From Candidatus Hydrogenedentota bacterium (GTDB lineage Bacteria > Hydrogenedentota > Hydrogenedentia > Hydrogenedentales > SLHB01): a stretch of 20,021 bases of DNA. The position numbers and the translations under genes were made by a program. The DNA lies in assembly GCA_045863295.1 (NCBI GenBank), contig BTWA01000062.1, positions 1-20,021 of the forward strand. Reading direction: 5' to 3'. How positions within the stretch are numbered: position 1 is the first letter of the stretch; the number at the start of each line of letters is the position of its first letter. Under the pieces are notes generated by a model, which worked only from the letters and a program-made list of their open reading frames with translations, did no database searches and was not told the DNA's origin. Of the stretch, positions 8,788 to 18,140 are shown one piece after another.

Positions 8788-8954
8788 GCGCGAAAAAAAA
8801 CAAACCGCTCGTCGGCATGGCCGCCCACGCGGTATGCTTCACGGTCGGCATGGCGCTCGCCATCTACGGCGGCGCACTAGGAATTGTCGGTATTGTGCTC
8901 GCGGGGGCACCGATTGTTGTCTTCTTCCGGGCGCTCTTTCGCACTGCGCCTTGA
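8784..8954 (+). CDS. Small (56 aa) two-TM membrane protein
   Basis: ATGA overlap with the PepSY stop and GCAGGA upstream. MSAKKNK is followed by two hydrophobic segments. Confidence 0.6.
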   Translation: MSAKKNKPLVGMAAHAVCFTVGMALAIYGGALGIVGIVLAGAPIVVFFRALFRTAP

Positions 8955-9035
8955 GGGCGTTTATAACGATTGATTGTAGTGCGCAAGGTAGTGATTCAAC
9001 CTTGCGCCGAAAACAAAGATGGGGGGTTTTATCTT

Positions 9036-9482
9036 ATGCACCGTTTACATTTTGCCGCGGGGCGTTTTGCGATCCTGGTTTTGTGTGGCGTTGTGATGGC
9101 CGGGGGCGTAGTTGGATGCGGTGGACCGCAGAATGCGGCGACGACTCCCGCGGCGAATGCGCCGGCACCTTCTGCGATGGCGGTTGGCATTCCTGAGGAC
9201 ATTCCGGTGTATGACGGACTGGTGCAGGATTTCGTCGATTCGGGTTCTATGATCGTGGTGAACGGCACTACGGACGACGATATCCCGCAGGTGCTGTCGT
9301 TTTATCGGGAGCGCTTTCCCGCGAAGGGCTGGGTGGAGGGATCCGATCCCACGGCGGTTGGCGGGGGTGCGGAAGGGTTGGTTTATACGAAGGGGTCTGC
9401 GAAGGCGGTGGTTTTGGTGAGTAACGATGAGGGTAAGACGCGTGTGTCGTTGCAGGTAGAGGGGTATGTGGCTGGGCAGTAG
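9036..9482 (+). CDS. Hypothetical lipoprotein
   Basis: Signal peptide ending VVG-C (lipobox), an Ala/Pro-rich linker, then IPEDIPVY...VLSFYRERFPAKGW, a pattern common in small uncharacterised lipoproteins. Confidence 0.7.
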   Translation: MHRLHFAAGRFAILVLCGVVMAGGVVGCGGPQNAATTPAANAPAPSAMAVGIPEDIPVYDGLVQDFVDSGSMIVVNGTTDDDIPQVLSFYRERFPAKGWVEGSDPTAVGGGAEGLVYTKGSAKAVVLVSNDEGKTRVSLQVEGYVAGQ

Positions 9483-9710
9483 GATTTTTTCAGTACGATG
9501 GCGCGGAGGAGTTTTGGAGGAAGAGAATTGAGCTGCGCTTTTCGGGAACTTCCGTGGCGTCGCTGTAATCCATGTGCCCGGATTAATCTGTCAATGATGG
9601 GCCAAGTCAAATGCCGTTGCAATCGCCGCGTGCTAGAATGCGTCGGCTCTGCTTTGGCCGGCACCAAGTCGGCCAGCCGAAATGGCTTTGAACGATTTGC
9701 GGGAGGCGGT

Positions 9711-11753
9711 ATGCGTTCTATAGGAATTGCGTTGTTACTGAGTCTGTCCACTCTGGCCCCGATTGCCTTTGCCGATACGTTGTATGTGAGTCCTCAAGGG
9801 AACGATACATGGTCGGGCGTGTTGCCGGATCCGAATGCGGCGGGCACGGATGGTCCCTTGGCGACGGCGGAGGCGGCGCGGGATGTGTTGCGGGCGCGGA
9901 AGACGGGGCTGGTGGGCACGGCGAATGTCAACGTCGTGTTTCGCGCGGGGACCTACTTTCTTCCCAAGACGTTTGAACTCACTGCAGAAGACAGCGGCTG
10001 GCGCGGCGGCCCCATCACCTACATGGCGCATCCCGGCGAGGAGGTCCGCATCACCGGGGGGATCCCCGTGACCGGATTCGTCGCCGTATCGGATCGCGAT
10101 CCCGCGCGCGAGAACGTCGTGCGCGCCGATTTGAAAGCCCTCGGCGTAACCGAATTCCCCCCGCTCGCGCCGCGCGGCATGGGACAGGCGGTGGTCCCCT
10201 CCCACGTCGAACTGTTTTTCAACGACCGGCCCATGCAACTCGCCCGCTGGCCCAACAAAGGCGAATGGGCCACGATTGCCGATGCTCCGAACGGCGCAAC
10301 GGGCGGCATGTTCACGTATAGCGGCGACCGCCCCGCGCAATGGACGCAATCGCCGGATGTCTGGCTGCACGGTTACTGGACCTGGGACTGGGCCGATTCG
10401 TATGTGCAGATCGATCGGATCGACACGGCGGCCAAGGCGATTTACACCAAGGAGCCGCACGGCGTATACGGCTACACCAAGGACAAGCGCTATTACGTAA
10501 TCAACGCGCTCGAAGAACTCGATTCCCCCGGCGAATACTACATCGATCGCGAGCAGGGCATTTTGTATTTCTGGCCGCCTTCCCCGATCCCTGAATCGTT
10601 CGCAACCGTTTCGGTCACCGACCACCTGATTTCGATCAAAGGCGCTTCAAACATAAGAATAGTTGGGTTCACTGTCGAAGTCTGCCGGGGCACCGCGATC
10701 CAAGTCCTAGAGTCGGAAGAGGTCCTGATCGCGGGGTGCACGCTCCGCAACATCGGCAACGACGCGGTCTCCGTTTCCGGTGGAAAGAACAACACCGTCC
10801 GCTCCTGCGACATCTACGAGACCGGCGAGGGCGCCATCGGCCTCACCGGTGGCGATCGCATGACCCTGACCCCCGGCGGGCATCGCGCTGAAAACAACCA
10901 CATCTACGAATACAGCCGTTGGGTGCGCACGTACCGGCCGGCCATCGCCATGAGCGGCGTGGGACTCACCGCCGCGAACAACCGCATTCACGACGCGCCC
11001 CACGCGGGCATCATCTTCTGGGGCAACGATCACATCCTCGAATACAACGACGTCCACGACATCTGCAAGGAAACCGGTGACGTGGGCGCCTTCTATATCG
11101 GACGCGACTGGTCCATGCGCGGCCACATCATCCGGCACAACTATTTCCACAACATTCAAGGCCCCTACACGCACGGCGCGATGGCGGTTTACCTCGACGA
11201 CGTCGCCAGCGGCGTGACCATCTACGGCAACGTCTTTTACAAGGCAAGCCGCGCGGCGTTCATCGGCGGCGGCCGCGACAACCTGATCGAAAACAACATC
11301 TTCGTCGAGTGCCATCCCTCCGTGCATATCGATGCGCGTCTCACCAGTTGGGCCAAGGACTACCGGCAGCGCGGCAGCGGATGGCAATTGGAGGAAAAAC
11401 TCGAAGCAATGAATTGGAAAGAGCCGCCGTACAGCACCCGTTATCCGGAATTGGTCAACATACTCAACGACGAACCCACCCTGCCCAAGGGCAACAAGAT
11501 CGTGCGCAACATCAGCGTGGGCGGCAAATGGCTCGACCTCTACGATAACCTCAAGGAAGACATCGCCCTCTTTGACAGCAACATGGTGGATCAGGATCCC
11601 CACTTCGTGGACATGGCCAACGGCGATTTCCGGCTTCGGGACGACTCCCCCGCGTATCAGAGCGGCTTCAAACCGATCCCCTACGAACGAATCGGGTTGA
11701 TCCAGGATGAGTTTCACACCCGTGCCCCGGAAAAACCGTTCCCGGTCCGCTAA
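9711..11753 (+). CDS. Secreted right-handed parallel beta-helix repeat protein (GH141-like candidate)
   Basis: GGAGG RBS before ATG 9711, a signal peptide (..AFA-D), YVSPQGNDTWSG...DGPLAT, LARWPN, NALEELDSPGEYY, and repeated I.NN.IH beta-helix turns with D.GAFY and YLDD. Confidence 0.8.
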   Translation: MRSIGIALLLSLSTLAPIAFADTLYVSPQGNDTWSGVLPDPNAAGTDGPLATAEAARDVLRARKTGLVGTANVNVVFRAGTYFLPKTFELTAEDSGWRGGPITYMAHPGEEVRITGGIPVTGFVAVSDRDPARENVVRADLKALGVTEFPPLAPRGMGQAVVPSHVELFFNDRPMQLARWPNKGEWATIADAPNGATGGMFTYSGDRPAQWTQSPDVWLHGYWTWDWADSYVQIDRIDTAAKAIYTKEPHGVYGYTKDKRYYVINALEELDSPGEYYIDREQGILYFWPPSPIPESFATVSVTDHLISIKGASNIRIVGFTVEVCRGTAIQVLESEEVLIAGCTLRNIGNDAVSVSGGKNNTVRSCDIYETGEGAIGLTGGDRMTLTPGGHRAENNHIYEYSRWVRTYRPAIAMSGVGLTAANNRIHDAPHAGIIFWGNDHILEYNDVHDICKETGDVGAFYIGRDWSMRGHIIRHNYFHNIQGPYTHGAMAVYLDDVASGVTIYGNVFYKASRAAFIGGGRDNLIENNIFVECHPSVHIDARLTSWAKDYRQRGSGWQLEEKLEAMNWKEPPYSTRYPELVNILNDEPTLPKGNKIVRNISVGGKWLDLYDNLKEDIALFDSNMVDQDPHFVDMANGDFRLRDDSPAYQSGFKPIPYERIGLIQDEFHTRAPEKPFPVR

Positions 11754-12165
11754 CCCGCTTTGTGCAAAACGCTGAACGCGCGCGGCGTGCGAAATGCTCA
11801 TCCAGAAGGGTCTGGGTGTGAAACGCCAAGGAGTTTTCACGCACACACGGTACTTGCATCTGTTATTGGGGCAAAGCCGTGAAATATCCGGGCCAACCGG
11901 TCAATCCCTGGGTAGTCCTGATTTGAATGGGTGTGGTAGAATGGCCGAGGAATGGCGCTTGCCGAGAGCCCGGAATCATTGAGGCAGGTGTCGCCGCATT
12001 GGGGCCGTCCGGGAGTCGCCCAATTGCTTTCCGCCGCATCCCCGCTGCGGAGAATGGATTGCGCCCAAAATGTGTTACCCTTACCTGTATGCGCCGGTTG
12101 TGCGCTTGCTTCCTGATCCTGGGCACGAAATCTGGGTAACCCGTATATTCCAAGCGGAGGTCATC

Positions 12166-12903
12166 ATGGAAAACACACGTCGGGACTTCTTTAAATCGAC
12201 TACGGGCATTGCGGCCGCGGCAGCCATCGCCGGCGCCCCCTTTGCCTTCACCGGTTCGGCCGCGGCCCAAGAAAGCGCCGGCGCGCTCACCGACCATCAA
12301 CTCCCCCCTCTTCCCTACGACTACAACGCGCTTGAACCCTACATCGACGAACAGACCATGAGACTGCATCACGACAAACATCACCTCGGCTACGTCAACG
12401 GCCTGAAGGCGGCCGAGGCCGCTCTGGCCAAGGCGCGCGCCGCCGGGGATTTCGCGCTCATCGAATATTGGAGCAAGAAGGCCGCGTTTCATGGCGGCGG
12501 ACACTTCCTGCACACCATGTTCTGGGAAATCATGGCCCCCAACGGCAAAGGCGGCGGCGGTGAACCCACCGGCGCCCTGGCCGATCAGATCAAGCGAGAC
12601 TTCGGCAGCTTCGCCGCATTCAAGGCCCAATTCTCCGCGGCCGCCAAAGGCGTCGAGGGCAGCGGCTGGGCGTTGCTCCACTACCGCCCGGTCGATGATC
12701 GGCTGATCGTGTTGCAAGCCGAAAACCAACACAAGCTCACCGGTTGGAACAGCGGTCCCGTCCTGGGAATCGACGTGTGGGAACATGCCTACTACTTGAA
12801 GTACCAGAACGATCGCGGCAAGTACGTGGACGAATGGTGGAACGTCGTGAACTGGACCAAGGTCGGCGAAAGCGTCGCGTTTTTGAAGCAGTTGGCGGGC
12901 TGA
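12166..12903 (+). CDS. sodA: Fe/Mn superoxide dismutase with twin-arginine signal peptide (probably Mn-type)
   Basis: GGAGG RBS and a TRRDFFK Tat motif with an AAA-Q cleavage site. Contains LPPLPYDYNALEPYI, LHHDKHH, GGGHFLH and the DVWEHAYY signature. GGGH and ENQ favour Mn. Confidence 0.9.
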   Translation: MENTRRDFFKSTTGIAAAAAIAGAPFAFTGSAAAQESAGALTDHQLPPLPYDYNALEPYIDEQTMRLHHDKHHLGYVNGLKAAEAALAKARAAGDFALIEYWSKKAAFHGGGHFLHTMFWEIMAPNGKGGGGEPTGALADQIKRDFGSFAAFKAQFSAAAKGVEGSGWALLHYRPVDDRLIVLQAENQHKLTGWNSGPVLGIDVWEHAYYLKYQNDRGKYVDEWWNVVNWTKVGESVAFLKQLAG

Positions 12904-12931
12904 CCCGGTCACCGAACGTCTGAGAACCCCC

Positions 12932-12969
12932 TTCCCGCCTCCCTTCTTGGGAGGCGGGAGTTTTGTTTC
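12932..12969 (+). terminator. Intrinsic terminator after sod
   Basis: TCCCGCCTCCC-TTCTT-GGGAGGCGGGA, an 11-bp perfect stem followed by GTTTTGTTT. Confidence 0.85.
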
Positions 12970-13012
12970 AACCTGTTTTCTGGCAATAGGTTCGGAATCG
13001 TTAATTTAGCAG

Positions 13013-13041
13013 TTGACACCAGATGTAATCTATGTTAACTT
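13013..13041 (+). promoter_or_regulatory. Sigma70-type promoter of the metal ABC operon
   Basis: TTGACA (13013-13018), 17-bp spacer, TAACTT (13036-13041) with an extended TGn. Confidence 0.7.
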
Positions 13042-13137
13042 TATGTATACCGATTTCTGGCGCCCGGTCAAGCGCCCTACGGCATCCGGACACGAAACGC
13101 CGGCAAAGTTCATCGTCACCGCTGCAAGGAGAAACGT

Positions 13138-14079
13138 ATGCTCGCTCGAGTCACAGCCCTGGCCGTCCTCTGCGGCATCATCGCATCGTGTTCCAACCCG
13201 TCGACCAACGACGCCGCCGGCGCAGGTCCGCGGGACTCCGGCGCTCCACTGAAAATCACGGCCACGACCGGCATGATTGCCGATGCCGCCCGGATAGTCG
13301 GTGGCGACCATGTCGCCATTACCGCGCTGATGGGCCCCGGGGTCGACCCGCACCTGTACAAAGCAACCCAGGGTGACCTCGACGCCCTTGCCAACGCCGA
13401 TCTGGTCCTTTACAACGGCTTGCACCTGGAAGGCCGCATGGCGGACGTGTTGGTGAAAATGGCGTCCCGCGTAAAGACGGTGCAGATCACCGATGCCATC
13501 CCGCAGGAATTGCTGCGCGAACCCCCGGAGTTCCAGGGCCACTACGATCCCCACGTGTGGTTCGACGTATCGCTGTGGTCCAGGGCGGTCGAGCGTGTTC
13601 GCGATGCCCTCATCGAGGTGGATTCCGCGAACGCCGATGCCTACCGCGCAAACGCGGATGCCTACCTGAAAGAATTGATGGAATTGCACGAATACGCCAA
13701 GGCCCAGTTGGCCACTATCCCGGAATCCGGGCGCGTGTTGATCACCGCGCACGATGCATTCGGGTATTTCGGCCAGGCCTACGGACTTGAAGTCATGGGG
13801 CTGCAAGGCATCAGCACCGCCGCGGAATTCGGGCTGCAGGACATCGAACGTCTTGTGAACATCGTGGTGGATCGCAAGATCAAAGCGGTTTTCATCGAAA
13901 CGTCGATATCGCCCAAATCCATTGAAGCGCTCATACAGGGCGTCAAAGCCAAGGGTCACGAAGTGGCCATGGGCGGACAGTTGTACTCCGACGCGCTGGG
14001 CGAGGCGGGCACGCCCGCGGGTACGTATGTGGGCATGGTGCGTCATAATGTCGATACCATTGTAGGAGCACTCAAATGA
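13138..14079 (+). CDS. troA: Mn/Zn/Fe ABC transporter substrate-binding lipoprotein
   Basis: AAGGAGA RBS and IAS-C lipobox. [25 protein letters not shown] and YSDALG supply the three His plus Asp ligands. Confidence 0.92.
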   Translation: MLARVTALAVLCGIIASCSNPSTNDAAGAGPRDSGAPLKITATTGMIADAARIVGGDHVAITALMGPGVDPHLYKATQGDLDALANADLVLYNGLHLEGRMADVLVKMASRVKTVQITDAIPQELLREPPEFQGHYDPHVWFDVSLWSRAVERVRDALIEVDSANADAYRANADAYLKELMELHEYAKAQLATIPESGRVLITAHDAFGYFGQAYGLEVMGLQGISTAAEFGLQDIERLVNIVVDRKIKAVFIETSISPKSIEALIQGVKAKGHEVAMGGQLYSDALGEAGTPAGTYVGMVRHNVDTIVGALK

Positions 14080-14879
14080 GCAATCCTGCGGTCTCGACCG
14101 CCCCACCTCCTATCGAAGTCCACGATCTCACGGTGGCGTACCACCATCGTCCGGTCTTGTGGGACATCGATCTTCATTTCCCGGAGGGCAAGCTGGTGGC
14201 CGTGGTCGGGCCTAACGGCGCGGGAAAAAGCACGCTTATCAAGGCCGTGATGGGATTGGTGCCGTTGGCCTCGGGCCATGTATCGATCTACGGCAAGCCC
14301 GCGAAGCAGGGTAAGACGAGCATTGCCTATGTGCCCCAGCGCGGCTCCGTCGATTGGGATTTCCCGACCACCGTCATGGACGTCGTGCTCATGGGGCGCT
14401 ACGGCCACTTGCCGCTGTTCGGCCGCCCCGGCAAGCGCGACAAGGAAATCGCACGCCAAAGCCTCGAGAAAGTGGGCATGGTCGAATTCGCGAACCGCCA
14501 GATTAGCCAACTCTCGGGCGGCCAACAGCAGCGGGTCTTTCTCGCGCGCGCACTCGCCGAACAAACGAAGATTTACCTCATGGACGAGCCGTTCGCCGGA
14601 GTCGATGCCGCCACCGAACGCGCCATTGTGAATCTCCTGCGCGATCTGCGCGCCATGGGCAGCACGTTGGTCGTAGTGCATCACGACCTCAATACCGTGC
14701 CCGACTATTTCGACTGGGTCCTGTTGTTGAATCTCCGGTCGGTGGCGTTCGGGCCGGTTGCGGAAGTGTTCACGCAGGAGAACCTGCAGAAAACCTACGG
14801 CGGGCGCCTCAACCTTCTGACGGATGTCGGCGAGAAGCTCAGTCGGCAGGAATGGAAGCGCAGGAATGAATTGGCCTAG
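14076..14879 (+). CDS. troB: Metal ABC transporter ATP-binding protein
   Basis: [40 protein letters not shown] overlap with troA. Confidence 0.93.
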   Translation: MSNPAVSTAPPPIEVHDLTVAYHHRPVLWDIDLHFPEGKLVAVVGPNGAGKSTLIKAVMGLVPLASGHVSIYGKPAKQGKTSIAYVPQRGSVDWDFPTTVMDVVLMGRYGHLPLFGRPGKRDKEIARQSLEKVGMVEFANRQISQLSGGQQQRVFLARALAEQTKIYLMDEPFAGVDAATERAIVNLLRDLRAMGSTLVVVHHDLNTVPDYFDWVLLLNLRSVAFGPVAEVFTQENLQKTYGGRLNLLTDVGEKLSRQEWKRRNELA

Positions 14880-16236
14880 TTTCCAGTGGTTGGACCTCGT
14901 GGGCAGCGCCGCAAGCCAGGACAGACTTCCGCCCTGGCTGGCGTTCTTTACGTTTTCGTCGATCAACGTCATCTACGTTCTCCTGGGATGCATGGTCCTC
15001 GGATCCACGGCGGGTGTCGTGGGCTGTTTTGCCTTCCTTCGCAAGCGCTCGCTCATTGGCGATGCCCTCGCCCACGCCGCGTTGCCGGGCGTTTGCGCCG
15101 CGTTCATGCTGACCGGTTCCAAAAACCCGCTCGTCATGCTCGCGGGTGCAACCGCGGCCTGCTGGGCCGGCGCGTACAGCGTGGAGTGGATCGTGCGCCA
15201 CACGCGCTGCAAGGAAGACAGTGCGCTCGGCATGGTCTTATCCGTCTTTTATGGACTGGGTATCCTGATGCTCACGCACATTCGCAAATCCGGCGATGCG
15301 GCCCAGGCCGGTCTCGACAAGTACTTGCTTGGCCAGGCCGCATCGCTGGTGGGCAAGGACTTCGTCGTCATCGCGGCCGTGGGCTCGCTCTTGCTCGTGG
15401 CCATCGCACTTGCCTACAAGGAATTGAAAGTCATCTCGTTCGATCCGGAATTCGCGGAGTCGGCCGGCATGCCCCGGCGCGCGCTTGAAATCGGACTCGC
15501 CACGCTCATCGTATTGGCTGTGGCCATCGGTTTGCAGGCCGTCGGCGTGGTCTTGATGGCGGCGTTGCTGGTCACACCCGCCGCCGCGGCGCGCTATTGG
15601 ACCGACCGGCTTGGGGTGATGCTGTTGCTCGCGGGCGTATTCGGCGCGTTGAGCGGCGCGACCGGCGCCTACGTCAGTTATCTCAGCGTGCAAATGCCCA
15701 CCGGTCCGTGGATCGTGGTTTCGATTACCACCCTGTTCCTCGTGTCGTTGTTTTTCGCAAGCAAGCGCGGCGTTGCCTGGCGGTATGTGCGCTACTTTCG
15801 CTTCCGCCGGAAGACGGCGGAAGAAAATGTGCTTCGCACGCTGTACGTGTTGGGCGAAGCCGAGCAATCCTGGGGCGGCGGACGGTCGCACGGCGATATT
15901 CTGCGATTCCGAAACATGTCCGCGGGGTACCTGCGCCACACGTTGAACCGGCTGCGCCGGAAGAAACTCGTTCGCGAAACGGAGAACGGCCTGTACGCGT
16001 TGAACGACGACGGCTTGAAGTCGGCCGCGCGCATTACCCGCGTGCACCGGTTGTGGGAGCTGTATCTCACCCGCAAGCTGGAGCTCGCGCCGGATCACGT
16101 CCACGACGACGCCGAGGAGATCGAACATATCCTTACGCCTGATCTGGAAGCCCGGCTGGCGGCGGCGCTCGATGAACCGGCCGTGGACCCGCACAGCAAA
16201 CCCATTCCAGCGCCCATGGAAGGCGGTCACGCATGA
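14866..16236 (+). CDS. troC: Metal ABC transporter permease fused to a C-terminal DtxR-like domain (YtgCR-like)
   Basis: ABC-3 permease motifs ([26 protein letters not shown]), then EENVL...HRLWELYL...HDDAEEIEH...DPHSKPIP. The start overlaps the troB end. Confidence 0.88.
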   Translation: MNWPSFQWLDLVGSAASQDRLPPWLAFFTFSSINVIYVLLGCMVLGSTAGVVGCFAFLRKRSLIGDALAHAALPGVCAAFMLTGSKNPLVMLAGATAACWAGAYSVEWIVRHTRCKEDSALGMVLSVFYGLGILMLTHIRKSGDAAQAGLDKYLLGQAASLVGKDFVVIAAVGSLLLVAIALAYKELKVISFDPEFAESAGMPRRALEIGLATLIVLAVAIGLQAVGVVLMAALLVTPAAAARYWTDRLGVMLLLAGVFGALSGATGAYVSYLSVQMPTGPWIVVSITTLFLVSLFFASKRGVAWRYVRYFRFRRKTAEENVLRTLYVLGEAEQSWGGGRSHGDILRFRNMSAGYLRHTLNRLRRKKLVRETENGLYALNDDGLKSAARITRVHRLWELYLTRKLELAPDHVHDDAEEIEHILTPDLEARLAAALDEPAVDPHSKPIPAPMEGGHA

Positions 16237-17195
16237 ACGTCCTGGAATCCATCCCCCGTTTCTTCCTCGAAGTCTTCCGGGCCATCGTATATGCCGGCGC
16301 CGATGGATGGTGGATCATGGCGGTCGGCTCGTTGGTTGCCGCCGGGTGTTCGGTCATTGGCTGTTTCCTCGTGTTGCGCAAAATATCGATGCTGGGCGAC
16401 GCGATCAGTCATGCCGTCTTGCCGGGCATTGTCATTGCGTTTCTATTCACCAGCAGCCGCAGCATCTTCCCGATGGTCATCGGCGCGGGCCTCGTCGGCC
16501 TCCTTACGACGTTCATCACCGACGTGTTGAACCGGCAGGGCAAACTGCAGAGCGACGCGTCCATCGGCGTCACGTTTACATCGCTGTTCGCCGTCGGAGT
16601 CATCCTCGTGAGCAAATACGCCAGTCAGGTCGATCTGGACCTTGATTGCGTCCTGTTTGGCGAAATCCTCTACGCGCCATTTGATACGGTCGCGTGGGGC
16701 GGCATGAATGTGCCCCGATCGGCCCTGGTGCTCGCGCCGGTCGTCGCGGCCGACATTGCATTTGTCGTGCTCGCGTGGAAACAACTGAAGATTTGCTCGT
16801 TTGATCCCGAGTTGGCCGCCGCCATGGGCGTGCGGGTCGCGCTTTGGCACTATCTCCTGATGGCCTGCGTTTCCATCACCACCGTGGCCTCGTTCGAAAG
16901 CGTCGGCGCGATCCTGGTCGTGGCCATGTTGATCGTCCCCCCCAACACGGCCTATCTGCTTACCGATCACTTGTGGCGGATGGTGGTGCTCGCCGCCGGC
17001 TTTGGCGTCTCAAGCGCGTTGATCGGCTACGGCGTGGCCACGGCCCTCGACGGATCCATCGCCGGCGCCATGGCCGTCGTCAGCGGCGCCCAGTTTGCCT
17101 TGGCCGCGCTGTTCGGCCCCCGTTACGGCGTGGTCCCCAAGGCTTGGCGGCTCCGGCATCTGCCCCTCTCGCCGGACGCCGACAAACCTATTTGA
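16233..17195 (+). CDS. troD: Metal ABC transporter permease
   Basis: MLGDAISHAVLPG, DASIG, DLDCVLFGEI, SFDPELA, FESVGAILVVAMLI; ATGA overlap. Confidence 0.92.
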   Translation: MNVLESIPRFFLEVFRAIVYAGADGWWIMAVGSLVAAGCSVIGCFLVLRKISMLGDAISHAVLPGIVIAFLFTSSRSIFPMVIGAGLVGLLTTFITDVLNRQGKLQSDASIGVTFTSLFAVGVILVSKYASQVDLDLDCVLFGEILYAPFDTVAWGGMNVPRSALVLAPVVAADIAFVVLAWKQLKICSFDPELAAAMGVRVALWHYLLMACVSITTVASFESVGAILVVAMLIVPPNTAYLLTDHLWRMVVLAAGFGVSSALIGYGVATALDGSIAGAMAVVSGAQFALAALFGPRYGVVPKAWRLRHLPLSPDADKPI

Positions 17196-17200
17196 GAAAA

Positions 17201-17233
17201 CCCGTTGCACGGGCCAACGGGGAACACTAAAAT
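17201..17233 (+). promoter_or_regulatory. Sigma70-type promoter for the stand-alone DtxR gene with an overlapping inverted repeat
   Basis: TTGCAC (17205-17210), 17-bp spacer, TAAAAT (17228-17233). CCCGTTG-N7-CAACGGG (17201-17221) overlaps the -35. Confidence 0.55.
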
Positions 17234-17279
17234 ACAAGCCCGATTTGCAGTGCAGTACGTAGAGTGGAATGGCGGTACC

Positions 17280-17747
17280 GTGAAGAAAGCCCGAAAACCT
17301 TCAACCAATACCCTGACCCCGGGTCAGCGAAAACGCGGCACCAGTCCGTCCATGGAACAGTACCTGGAGGCCATCGCCCATCTGCTCACCAAGGACAAGG
17401 TATGCAGCATCAGCGACATCGCCGAGGTCGCCCACGTCAGCCGGCCCGCCGCCTCCCGCGCCATCCGCGATCTCGCCGAGAAAAACCTCGTCGTCCACCG
17501 GTCTTACAGCTACGTCGACTTGACCCCGCAAGGCAAAGCCCTCGCGAACCAGCTTACAGTCCGCCACGAAGGCCTCATGAACTTTCTGCACAAGGTGCTC
17601 CATTTCGAGGAACATCAGGCTGACGCTGAAGCCTGCCGCCTCGAACATCACGTCGACGACGAAACCGTCAAGCGCCTCGTCCAACTCACCGAATTCATCA
17701 CCGAAAGCAACGACACCGCTCAAACCTGGTCCAAGCGCCTCGGCTGA
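17280..17747 (+). CDS. DtxR/MntR-family metal-dependent transcriptional regulator (no FeoA/SH3 domain)
   Basis: SPSMEQYLEAI, ISDIAEVAHVSRPAASRAIRDL (HTH), LTPQG, RHEGL..FL and EACRLEH. The start is uncertain (GTG 17250 or 17280). Confidence 0.88.
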   Translation: MKKARKPSTNTLTPGQRKRGTSPSMEQYLEAIAHLLTKDKVCSISDIAEVAHVSRPAASRAIRDLAEKNLVVHRSYSYVDLTPQGKALANQLTVRHEGLMNFLHKVLHFEEHQADAEACRLEHHVDDETVKRLVQLTEFITESNDTAQTWSKRLG

Positions 17748-18140
17748 TTCGGTACGCCGACCTTCTATTGTATAGTCCTGAGCCGTTGCACCGATTTGCA
17801 CGATGCGATCTCCAAAGTACTCGCGTCGATACCATGGACGCGACGGGAGCGCAGAGGAGGCGGTTGGCTTCCCGGCCACGGCGGTACCCCGAATACAGAG
17901 GCCAATACCCAGGTGCGCCCGCCGCGCATGGCACGCGAGGTGGTAGTACTTAGTTCGGCCATTTTGTTGCATTTTCTTAGCGGATTGAAACAAGGGTATA
18001 TGATGGATTTACGCGGTTTGCGCATTTGCAGGATGAGGCGGAATGGGTTAGGGAGGGAGGGGGAAGAGATTACTCTTTGATGCGTGGGCCCTTATACACA
18101 GTGCTAGCACTGCAATTCATGGTCTGTCCCTGATTTTTTC

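Noticed and set aside
11754..12165. Long leader before sod as a riboswitch (yybP-ykoY Mn or c-di-GMP)
   Set aside because: I could not find the conserved motifs of either class. An Rfam cmscan would be needed to exclude other RNAs.
9735..16970. Long antisense ORFs (e.g. 9735-10625, 10707-11846, 11863-12912, 13030-14106, 15238-16230)
   Set aside because: They are shadows of well-supported plus-strand genes in GC-rich DNA and carry no recognisable motifs.
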